Below, piece after piece: positions 53,662 to 64,000 of a stretch of DNA of 64,000 nt (its first letter is position 1; each line of letters starts with the position of its first letter). The notes under the pieces are model-generated. The model did not search any database. It was not told the DNA's origin and saw only the letters and a program-made list of their open reading frames with translations. The translations under genes were made by a program, and so were the position numbers. Source of the stretch: Eledone cirrhosa. Taxonomy: Eukaryota. The stretch covers positions 1,550,001-1,614,000 of the forward strand of contig OZ024757.1 of assembly GCA_964016885.1 (NCBI GenBank), written 5' to 3'.

Positions 53662-55491
53662 CGTGATATTGTCGGGGAGAAGTGTGTACTTAATGATGAT
53701 GGCATACTTGCCATCACTGACGCTGATAAAAAGGTAGCTTGGAAGTGTCACTACGAAAGGCTTCTAAATGAGGAGAACAAATGGGAGAAAGACAGTCTCC
53801 CCCACATCGACCCAATAGAGGGACCAGCAGTGTTAGTCGAAGGTAGTATAATAAGTAAGGCAATCAAAGATATGAAGACGGGTAAGGCAGCTGGGCCTTC
53901 CGAAATAGTTGCCGAGATGCTGAAAGCCTCTGGAACGGTGGGACACACCATGGTCACCCGGATAGTAAACCAAGTCATACAGAATGTGGTTGTTCCGAAG
54001 GACTGGCATAGCAGCATCATCATTAACTGTTACAAGGGTAAAGGAGATGCCCTAGATAGGTGTAACTATAGAGGCATTAAATTAATCGACCAGGTCATGA
54101 AGGTCACGAAAAAAGTAATAGCGCAACTAATCAGAGAGAGAATTGATCTAGATGAAATGCAGTTCGGGTTTGTGTCAGGCAAAAGTACCACAGACGCTCT
54201 TTTCATTGTACGACAACTACAGGAGAAGTACCTAGCTAAAAGTAAACCCCTATACTTAGCTTTTGTTGACTTGGAGAAAGCCTTCGACAGAGTCCCCCGT
54301 TCCATTATCTGGTGGGCTCTTAGAAAACTAGGTGTCGACGAATGGCTTGTGAGAGCTATACAAGCCATGTATAAAGAAACAGTCAGCAAGGTTAGAATTA
54401 ACAACGAATATAGTGAAGAGTTTAGCATAAAAGTTGGTGTCCATCGGGGCTCTGTTCTTAGCCCCCTACTATTTATTATTGCCCTTCAGGCTATAACAGT
54501 GGAGTTCAAGACCGGCTGCCCATGGGAACTCCTATACGCAGATGATCTAACGCTCATAGCTGAATCAATGACCGAACTAGAGAAGAAATTCCAAACATGG
54601 AAGCACGGCCTAGAATCAAAAGGCCTTAAAATTAACCTGTTTAAGACTAAAGTTCTAGTTTGTAGGAAAGAAAATAAGGCGCCGGTCCCTTCCGGGAAAT
54701 GGCCATGCTCAGTGTGTAGGAAAGGCGTAGGTAGAAACTCCATTTTATGTCCCAAATGCAAAGTATGGGTGCATAAAAGATGTAGTGGGATCACAGGTAA
54801 GCTAACTAAGAACATAGATTTTACATGTGGCCGGTGCTCTGGTGCAATAAGTTGCAGCAAGTGCCCACTGAATACTAGCTCATTCCATTGCGCAGAGGGT
54901 TCTATAGAAATAGTGGACAGCTTCCGTTACCTGGGTGACAAAATCAGCAGCGGGGGAGGGTGCTCTGGAAGTACAGTAGCTAGAGTCAGAACTGGATGGA
55001 AAAAGTTCAGAGAGCTTATACCACTATTAGCCGCTAGAGTGTTCTCCCTAAAAATGAAAGGCAGGTTATACGATGCCTGCATACGAACAGCAATGCTGCA
55101 TGGCAGTGAGACCTGGGCATTGTGTGCAGAGGATATACGCAGACTAGAGAGGAACGAAGCTTGCATGCTCCGCTGGATGTGCAATAGTAATATACGTGAA
55201 CGGCTAAGCATAAACGAACTAAAGAAAAAATTAGAAATAAGAGGGCTCAGATGTTGTTTACTCGAGAGAAGGCTACGTTGGTACGGTCACGTGATGCGCA
55301 TAAAAGACGACAGCTGTATAACAAAGTGCAGGGCAATAAAGATAGACGGTAGCCACGGAGTAGGCAGACCCAGAAAAACCTGGGACGACATGATAAATTC
55401 CGACCTCATACGCTTACACCTCTCCAAGACAATGTCACTGGACCAAGACCTTTGGCGGTACTCAGTAATAGAGAAGACTCGCCTTACCTAA
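53662..55491 (+). CDS. RTE reverse transcriptase with inserted PHD-type finger; 5'-truncated, no genuine start codon
   Basis: Uninterrupted frame: [39 protein letters not shown]4HC3 finger, [20 protein letters not shown]. Confidence 0.85.
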   Translation, partial: RDIVGEKCVLNDDGILAITDADKKVAWKCHYERLLNEENKWEKDSLPHIDPIEGPAVLVEGSIISKAIKDMKTGKAAGPSEIVAEMLKASGTVGHTMVTRIVNQVIQNVVVPKDWHSSIIINCYKGKGDALDRCNYRGIKLIDQVMKVTKKVIAQLIRERIDLDEMQFGFVSGKSTTDALFIVRQLQEKYLAKSKPLYLAFVDLEKAFDRVPRSIIWWALRKLGVDEWLVRAIQAMYKETVSKVRINNEYSEEFSIKVGVHRGSVLSPLLFIIALQAITVEFKTGCPWELLYADDLTLIAESMTELEKKFQTWKHGLESKGLKINLFKTKVLVCRKENKAPVPSGKWPCSVCRKGVGRNSILCPKCKVWVHKRCSGITGKLTKNIDFTCGRCSGAISCSKCPLNTSSFHCAEGSIEIVDSFRYLGDKISSGGGCSGSTVARVRTGWKKFRELIPLLAARVFSLKMKGRLYDACIRTAMLHGSETWALCAEDIRRLERNEACMLRWMCNSNIRERLSINELKKKLEIRGLRCCLLERRLRWYGHVMRIKDDSCITKCRAIKIDGSHGVGRPRKTWDDMINSDLIRLHLSKTMSLDQDLWRYSVIEKTRLT

Positions 55492-55660
55492 ATACAAAGT
55501 AAAAACCTACTACAGTCAGTAGGCATCTCTATCAAAACACACCCCCGTCCCACCACCCCCACCCCATCCACACCACCCCTTTCAATGTAAAGTTATGTTG
55601 GTGCCACAATATCCAGGCCGAAACAAATGAGATCGTGTAGGTGTCACGACAAAAAACACA

Positions 55661-58013
55661 CAGTCCACGCTGTAAATGTGGCCGTGTAGGTAACACGGTA
55701 AAAACCTCCCAGCCCCACACTGTTAATGTGGTTGGTGTTAGGAAGGGCATCCAGCTGTAGAAAACCCGCCAGACAGTCCACGCTGTAATGTGGGCGTGTA
55801 GGCAACACGGTAAAAACCTCCCAGCCCCACACTGTTAATGTGGTTGGTGTTAGGAAGGGCATCCAGCTGTAGAAAACCCGCTAGACAGTCCACGCTGTAA
55901 TGTGGGCGTGTAGGCAACACGGTAAAAACCTCCCAGCCCCACACTGTTAATGTGGTTGGTGTTAGGAAGGGCATCCAGCTGTAGAAAACCCGCCAGACAG
56001 TCCACGCTGTAATGTGGGCGTGTAGGCAACACGGTAAAAACCTCCCAGCCCCACACTGTAAATGTGGTTGGTGTTAGGAAGGGCATCCAGCTGTAGAAAA
56101 CCCGCCAGACAGTCCACGCTGTAATGTGGGCGTGTAGGCAACACGGTAAAAACCTCCCAGCCCCACACTGTTAATGTGGTTGGTGTTAGGAAGGGCATCC
56201 AGCTGTAGAAAACCCGCTAGACAGTCCACGCTGTAATGTGGGCGTGTAGGCAACACGGTAAAAACCTCCCAGCCCCACACTGTTAATGTGGTTGGTGTTA
56301 GGAAGGGCATCCAGCTGTAGAAAACCCGCCAGACAGTCCACGCTGTAATGTGGCCGTGTAGGCAACACGGTAAAAACCTCCCAGCCCCACACTGTAAATG
56401 TGGTTGGTGTTAGGAAGGGCATCCAGCTGTAGAAAACCCGCCAGACAGTTCACGCTGTAATGTGGGCGTGTAGGCAACACGGTAAAAACCTCCCAGCCCC
56501 ACACTGTTAATGTGGTTGGTGTTAGGAAGGGCATCCAGCTGTAGAAAACCCGCTAGACAGTCCACGCTGTAATGTGGGCGTGTAGGCAACACGGTAAAAA
56601 CCTCCCAGCCCCACACTGTTAATGTGGTTGGTGTTAGGAAGGGCATCCAGCTGTAGAAAACCCGCCAGACAGTCCACGCTGTAATGTGGGCGTGTAGGCA
56701 ACACGGTAAAAACCTCCCAGCCCCACACTGTAAATGTGGTTGGTGTTAGGAAGGGCATCCAGCTGTAGAAAACCCGCCAGACAGTCCACGCTGTAATGTG
56801 GGTGTGTAGGCAACACGGTAAAAACCTCCCAGCCCCACACTGTAAATGTGGTTGGTGTTAGGAAGGGCATCCAGCTGTAGAAAACCCGCTAGACAGTCCA
56901 CGCTGTAATGTGGGCGTGTAGGCAACACGGTAAAAACCTCCCAGCCCCACACTGTTAATGTGGTTGGTGTTAGGAAGGGCATCCAGCTGTAGAAAACCCG
57001 CTAGACAGTCCACGCTGTAATGTGGGCGTGTAGGCAACACGGTAAAAACCTCCCAGCCCCACACTGTTAATGTGGTTGGTGTTAGGAAGGGCATCCAGCT
57101 GTAGAAAACCCGCTAGACAGTCCACGCTGTAATGTGGGCGTGTAGGCAACACGGTAAAAACCTCCCAGCCCCACACTGTTAATGTGGTTGGTGTTAGGAA
57201 GGGCATCCAGCTGTAGAAAACCCGCTAGACAGTCCACGCTGTAATGTGGGCGTGTAGGCAACACGGTAAAAACCTCCCATCCCCACACTGTTAATGTGGT
57301 TGGTGTTAGGAAGGGCATCCAGCTGTAGAAAACCCGCTAGACAGTCCACGCTGTAATGTGGGCGTGTAGGCAACACGGTAAAAACCTCCCAGCCCCACAC
57401 TGTTAATGTGGTTGGTGTTAGGAAGGGCATCCAGCTGTAGAAAACCCGCTAGACAGTCCACGCTGTAATGTGGGTGTGTAGGCAACACGGTAAAAACCTC
57501 CCAGCCCCACACTGTTAATGTGGTTGGTGTTAGGAAGGGCATCCAGCTGTAGAAAACCCGCTAGACAGTCCACGCTGTAATGTGGGCGTGTAGGCAACAC
57601 GGTAAAAACCTCCCATCCCCACACTGTTAATGTGGTTGGTGTTAGGAAGGGCATCCAGCTGTAGAAAACCCGCTAGACAGTCCACGCTGTAATGTGGGCG
57701 TGTAGGCAACACGGTAAAAACCTCCCAGCCCCACACTGTTAATGTGGTTGGTGTTAGGAAGGGCATCCAGCTGTAGAAAACCCGCTAGACAGTCCACGCT
57801 GTAATGTGGGCGTGTAGGCAACATGGTAAAAACCTCCCAGCCCCACACTGTTAATGTGGTTGGTGTTAGGAAGGGCATCCAGCTGTAGAAAACCCGCCAG
57901 ACAGTCCACGCTGTAATGTGGCCGTGTAGGCAACACGGTAAAAACCTCCCAGCCCCACACTGTAAATGTGGTTGGTGTTAGGAAGGGCATCCAGCTGTAG
58001 AAAACCCGCCAGA
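55661..58013 (+). repeat. 112-bp tandem array, 21 copies, derived from the RTE 3'UTR
   Basis: Units start at cagtccacgctgtaa: 55661, 55774, then every 112 bp to 57902. Confidence 0.97.
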
Positions 58014-58172
58014 TAGTCCTATGCGAGCAAGACAACCACTCTTGCCTCAAGTGGGAAAACCCCCGTCCAAACCCATGCAAGCGTGGAACACGGACGCTAA
58101 ACCTTGATGATGATGATGATGATGATACACATATATATACATATATATATATATATGAATATATATATATAT

Positions 58173-58460
58173 ATAGGAAAAGAGTTAGGACCCCGATGGC
58201 TGAGTTCTAGCCGTTTCTATAGCTAGATCTGAACTAACGCAGTATTGTTAGCACTGCAGCTGCAGTAGTCTATTGATAGGTTCAGCCAGACTACTGCAGT
58301 GCTAACAATACTGCGTTAGTTCAGATCTAGTTATAGAAACGGCCAGTACTCAGCCATCGGGGTCCTAACTCTTTTCCTATTACCCACTCTACTTCTCATA
58401 GTGTCGAGTACTCTGGTGCGTTATGGTCCACCTGGTACCTTACCATACTTCATTCGTTAT
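58173..58460. mobile_element. Fold-back of the 752-2072 / 16820-16990 terminus family (hairpin ~58173-58380), flanked by (TA)n
   Basis: ataggaaaagagttaggaccccgatggctgag...ctcagccatcggggtcctaactcttttcctat. Confidence 0.78.
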
Positions 58461-58465
58461 ATATG

Positions 58466-58505
<40 letters not shown>

Positions 58506-58828
58506 TTTTAAGTATATTAGGTGTAGAGCAAAATAATTCTAAAAACCCACAACATATCGATAATTTCTAAATATCGATCCCAAAAAGATAACAGTCAAAA
58601 TGAAACCTTATCGGGGTTTGAAATCGGAACGCCAGGAGTCAGAATAAACAAGGTTTTAATGTACTTTAATGGAGCCCAAATATCTCGAAATCCTTGTGGT
58701 GTGTCACGAAACCTGATTACAGTTGACATTCAAGGGAAAGACAACTAAGCTGAGACCACTACAGAGTGATCAAAGGTTGTCTCCCTGCCATCCACGGGAG
58801 ACAACTCATATACTCCCATACTTTTTAA

Positions 58829-59026
58829 CATTTTAGCTTTTACATTACTCTACTATTGTATTTTCATGGTAAAGGTTTTGCCTCACCATTTTACATTATA
58901 CGGGATCTACAAGATTTTGATGATGTTACTATTTATTTTGAGAACACTACATTAACATCAGTATGAGTGGCCGGTTATGGCTGGTTTGAACAGTGGCCGG
59001 ATATGGCCGGTTTAAATGTTAATGGG
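58829..59026 (-). mobile_element. Short unexpanded copy of the TTAA-flanked MITE
   Basis: TTAA at both ends; ggatatggccggtttaaatgttaatggg end; contains one degenerate minisatellite-like unit. Confidence 0.7.
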
Positions 59027-59742
59027 TTAAATGATATATTTTGACTACTTTCGGGTCTCAAATAATCTTCCCTACTTCCTCGCTCCTATTAATTTCTCAG
59101 ATATTTTCCAACCCACCTTCCACTCTATTACCAACCTCTTATATTTTGCTAATCTAACTCAGTCTTAATCCGTTCGACAACATATTTCTTATAAATTGCT
59201 CTCTGGTCGTGAATAATCGTCCCCAGCCACGGTCTTATTCCAACCCCACACCTGCCTTTACTAACTTTTGCTAATCTATCTCCGGCGTTTTTCAAAAAAC
59301 ATTGTACATGACAAAAAAAGTACATTACAATCCCATATAAAATAAATAGGATGGTTTGGGGGTCTCAATATGTAAACTAAATGACTAATTCTGGTTTTTA
59401 AAAAAAATCAAACGAGACAACCTAGAAATATTACCGACCACCCCCACCCCCCAGCCCTCGTTTATTCCATACATATATAATATATACACACACACACTCT
59501 CATATATACACAAAGACACAACAACCTCCTTAGTGTTGGTGACCTACACAATAAACACACCCAATACACTCTGTAAAGTAGTTATGAAGGACATCCAGCT
59601 GTAAAAAGCTGCCAAACAAGGGGTTAGGAGGACCTTTTAGTTTGTGTTAAAGATACAACTTCTCCTCTGCACTTAATATAACCGTACATAAATGTGATAC
59701 AGACCCTCGGCCTGTCAGTCAACTTAGTGGCCTTGTTTCAAT

Positions 59743-59898
59743 ACTGAGTTGGTCTATGTAGACCCGTCCAACCCATGCTAGACTGAGTTGGTCTATGTAG
59801 ACCCGTCCAACCCATGCTAGACTGAGTTGGTCTATGTAGACCCGTCCAACCCATGCTAGACTGAGTTGGTCTATGTAGACCCGTCCAACCCATGCTAG
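59743..59898 (+). repeat. 39-bp tandem repeat x4 in a SINE/RTE-type tail
   Basis: actgagttggtctatgtagacccgtccaacccatgctag, four exact copies. Confidence 0.95.
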
Positions 59899-60149
59899 CA
59901 GAGAAAGCAGACAGTACATGATGATGATATATATACGTATTATTTTTCAAAGAATGTCGGAATTTTCAGTTTCGTACGGTACAGGATGTTAAGAGTTAAG
60001 AAACAGTTGTCAGGAACAATTCCTGAGATGTGGAAAATATTTGGTAAAACAAGACCCTAAGCTAGACAGTCAAGTAGTCATAGCCAATATGACTGTCATG
60101 GCAGAGTTGATTGCTACAAGGTTAATGGAGATACTCAAGAAAGAAACAA

Positions 60150-61110
60150 CTACAGAAACATCAAGCTTCTTCTTCTTCTCCCACTTATTCCTGTGAGGGT
60201 TGTGAGGGCAGAGTCCTCAAACACTCCCTCCAGTGGGTCCTGTCAGAAGCAACCATCTCCAACTGATCCAGCTGGATCCCCAAGGGAGACCAGACAAGCC
60301 AAGTTCATGTTATCCAACCATCTTGCTCAGGAAATTGCAGTACAAGCCAAGGTGTCCCTGGCACAGTCTCGGTACCGCATTTTTGGTTTGTGTGGTGGTC
60401 GCCTTCCTTCACACAGTTCTCCGTAGAGAAGTTGTTTTGGAATACGATCATCAGACATCCGGACCACGTGACCGCACCACTTCAACTGATGCCAAAAGAT
60501 CGTGCTCTCTATAGCCATGCACCAGCTCTGTTCGAGAACTTCCAAGTCACTGGTGAACATTTTCCACCACACCCCAAGTATCTTACGAAGAGATTGTTGG
60601 TGAAACCTCTCCAGTTCCTTGAGGTGCTTTCTGTATGTTTCACAAGCATAACGCAAAGAGGAGACGAGACAAGTCATATACACTTTTACCTTGGTTTTAA
60701 TGATAATACCTCGTCAGGCATTCATGCAGCCGTCCAAAAGCATCACTGGCTTTCTTGATTCTTAAGGATATCTCATCATCAAGTGTGCATGAATTGTTCA
60801 ACGTACTACCAAGGTAAACAAACTTGTCAGCAACTTTTGGCATCTTTCCGTACTGTATTCTTTCCCAGGTGCTGGCTGTTACATCACAACAGTCTTTTCT
60901 AAGCTTATTTTGAGGCCCAAAGCACTGCAAGCTTCAGAAAAAGAGTTCATAATATGCTTCATGTCACTTTGTTGGTGTGCAAAAAGATCGCAGTCGTCTG
61001 CATACAAAAACTCTCAGATTATAGATGTTAATACCTTCATACTTGCACCAAAGTGCCTGATGTTGAACAACTTTCCTGAAGTGCGATACCTGATGTAAAT
61101 TCCATGCGAA
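60150..61110 (-). mobile_element. Decayed BovB-like RTE LINE fragment (RT C-half)
   Basis: IRYRTSGKLFN, FLYADDC, KFVYLGSTL...DDEISLRIKKASDAFGRL, LERFHQQSLRKIL, QLKWCGHVVRMSDDRIPKQLLYGEL. Confidence 0.87.
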
Positions 61111-61142
61111 CAATTTTATATATATATATATACACACATACA

Positions 61143-62237
61143 TTTTGTTGACTTGGAGAAGGCCTTTGACAGAGTCCCCCCGCTCCATTATCTGGTGAGC
61201 TATTAGAAAACTAGGTGTTGATGAATGGCTTGTGAGAACTATACAAGCCATGTATAAAGAAACAGTCAGCAAAGTTGGAATTAACAATGAATATAGTGAA
61301 GAATTTAACATAATAGTAGGGGTTCACTAAGACTCCATCCTTATACCCCTCCTGTTTATTATTGTCCTTCAGGCTATAACAAGGATTTAAGACTGGCTAC
61401 ACACGGAACTTCTATATGCAGATGATCTAACGCTCATAGCTGAATCAATGGCTGAACTAGAGAAGAAATTCCAAACATTGAAGCATGGCCTAGAATCAAA
61501 AGGCCTTAAAGTTAACTTGCCTAAAACTAAAGTTCTAGTATGTAGGAAGGAAAATAGGGCACCGGTCCCATCTGGCAAATGGCCATGCTCGGTGTGTAGG
61601 AAAGGAGTAGACAGAAATTCCATTTTATGTCCCAAATGCAAACTATGGGTACATAAAAGATGTAGTGGGATCACAGGTAAGCTAACTACGAACATAGATG
61701 TTATATGTGGCCGATGCTCAGGTGCAATAAGTAGCAGGGGCCCACTGGATGATATCTCCTTCTATTGCCCAGATGGTTCTATAGAAATACTGGACACCTT
61801 CCATTACCTGGGTGACAAAATCAGCAGTGGTGGAGGGTGTTCTGAAAGTACAGTAGCCAGAGTCAGAACGGGATGGAAAAAGTTCAGAGAGCTTATACCA
61901 CTATTGGCCACAAAAGGTTTCTCTCTAAAAATGAAAGGCAGATTGTATGATGCCTGCATACGAACAGCAATGTTACATGGCAGTGAGACATGGGCACTGT
62001 GTGCAGAGGACCTGCGCAGACTGGAGAGGAACGAAGCATGTATGCACTGTTGGATGTGTAATAGTAATATACGCGAACGGCAAAGCATAAATGAACTAAG
62101 TGAGAAATTAGGAATAAGAGGGATCAAATGCTGTTTACTTGAGAGAAGACTACATTGGTATGGTCACGTGATGCGCATGAAAGACGACAGCTGTATAAAA
62201 GAATGCAGGGCAATGAAAATTGATGGAAGCTGCGGAG
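61143..62237 (+). mobile_element. RTE fragment (same subfamily as 53661-58106), lacking its 3' end
   Basis: FVDLEKAFD through RLHWYGHV..KIDGS; ORF 61448-62287. Confidence 0.92.
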
Positions 62238-63143
62238 AAAACAGCCACAGGAAACAAGTACCACCAAACTCTGGGAGGGCTCTGTAGAAACAGTAGACAG
62301 CTTCTGCTACCTAGGTGACCGAATTAGCAGTGGAGGTGGGTGTTTGGAAAGTACAATAACTAGGGTAAGAACAGGATGGAAGAAGTTCAGGGAGCTACTG
62401 TCACTGCTAGCTGCAAAAGGCTTTTCCCTCAAAATGAAAGGCAGACTGTGTGATGCGTGTATACGAACAGCAATGTTACATGGTAGTGAGACCCAGGCAC
62501 TGTCTGTGGAAGACTTGCGTAGATTAGAAAGAAATGAAGCCTGCATGCTCCGATGGATGTGTAATAGTAATATACGCGAATGGCAAAGCATAAATGAATT
62601 GAGAGAGAGACTGAGCATAAGAGGAATCAAATGTTGTGTGCAGGAGAGGCGGTTTCGTTGGTATGGACATGTGATGCGTATGAAGGATGACAGCTGCATA
62701 AAAAGGTGCAGAGCACTAGAAGTCGATGAAAACCGCGGAGTGGGGAGACCCAAGAAGACCTGGGATGAGGTGATAAAAGCCGACCTTACCCAATTACACC
62801 TCTCAAAGGCAACGACACACAACCGTGACCTCTGGCGTCATGCCATAATACAGAAGACCTGACCCCCCATGGATTCAAGCCAAAGCTGAAGCATATAGAC
62901 AATATGCCCCACACCCTCCCACTGCAAAGTGGTCGTGGAGGTGCCACAGCAAAAAAGCACCCAGCCCTCACTGTAAATGAGGTTGGTGTTAGGAAGGGCA
63001 TCCAGCAGTAGAAATCAAGCCAGAATCAGTTCCCGTATGAGCAAGACAAAGTCAGCCAACCGGACACTGCCCACAACAGGACAACCCGTCTAACCCATGC
63101 TAGCGTGGAAGAACGGACGTAAAACGGTGACGATGATGATGAT
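62238..63143 (+). mobile_element. RTE 3' part (same subfamily as 26990-30640) fused directly to the preceding fragment
   Basis: Begins at aaacagccacaggaaacaagtaccacc (cf. 29705); ORF 62344-62862; 3'UTR and (GAT)n. Confidence 0.92.
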
Positions 63144-63869
63144 ATTTATACCTACACACATATAAATATATATACCTACATACATTTATATATAAATATA
63201 TATACATATACATATGCATATTTATACATATATATTTATATATACACACACACATACATCCCTACATTCATAAATATACATACATATATATATATATACA
63301 TACCTATACACACAGGTATACACACACACACATACATACATAGACACGCATGGATACGCCCACATTGATATACACACACATACATACATATACACACATA
63401 TATACACCCACACACACACACACACAACCATATACACACACATACATACACACACCCACATCCCCCCCCCCCCCGCCCCCAGTAGAAAGATTAGTTGGGT
63501 GTGACATCAGTAAAAAATAGAGAAAAACAAATAAAAAAATCTCAAGTCATTAAAAAAACAACAAAAAAACCCAGAAAAACTTGACGTCATAATGAGCTTA
63601 ATTAATGTTGATCGTTAGAGAAGATTATATATGTATCACCTTGTGTGATGTGGTGGCTATCATGATAGCTACATATGTATCACCTTTGTGTGATGTGGTG
63701 GCTATAATGGGGTTCAACTATATATACATCCACTCATCACTTCATCACCATCTCGTTTAACCCTTTCATCAATGGGTTTCTAATTAAATACACCCTATTT
63801 TAATTAATCAATTAATGAAGAATTTTGATGGGATTTGCTACTAAAATTATTAATTATTTCATTACTCAA

Positions 63870-64000
63870 AGATGAGAGAGTCACTCCAGGTAGAGCTGCT
63901 ACTTCTCCGAATTGAGAGATCACAGCTCTGATACTATGGACATGTGGTTAGAATGTCTCAGGAAAGAATAACTGGAGAGTCACTCCAGGTAGAGCTGCTA
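63870..64000 (+). mobile_element. Small RTE C-terminal remnant with a 26-bp direct repeat, cut by the window end
   Basis: LLLRIERSQL*...GHVVRMSQERI-like translation; gagagtcactccaggtagagctgcta occurs twice. Confidence 0.5.

Larger units (their letters stand above)
53661..58106 (+). mobile_element. 5'-truncated RTE LINE with open RT frame and an expanded 3'UTR
   Basis: Real coding begins at RDIVGEKC (~53661). The 3'UTR contains the 112-bp array and ends in (GAT)n. Confidence 0.95.

Noticed and set aside
55661-58013. CRISPR-like array, or a family of 78-aa repeated genes
   Set aside because: The units are near-identical along their whole length with no unique spacers and no cas genes. The ORFs are antisense readings of a LINE 3'UTR.

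Overview
AT-rich eukaryotic (animal) genomic DNA made almost entirely of transposable elements and microsatellites. No host protein-coding exon could be supported. The repeat mix (tRNA-head SINEs with RTE-type tails, RTE LINEs with (GAT)n tails, Penelope fragments, long (TA)n/(CA)n tracts) suggests a cephalopod such as an octopus, but that is inference. Contents: several RTE-clade LINE copies, one near full length and one with an open RT frame carrying a PHD-type finger; a BovB-like RTE fragment; three L1/Tx1-like 3' fragments; a complete but decayed Helitron (31020-37908); a TTAA-flanked MITE whose interior expanded into a 72-bp minisatellite; a 21-copy 112-bp array inside an RTE 3'UTR; a ~3-4 kb tandem duplication; and many Penelope-like remnants. 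The most notable signal is a set of near-perfect fold-back (palindromic) elements, mostly in or next to (TA)n tracts. Several carry minimal hammerhead-ribozyme folds on both arms, one with a U3-A8 compensatory core variant. Most ORFs in the supplied track are microsatellite or antisense artefacts.
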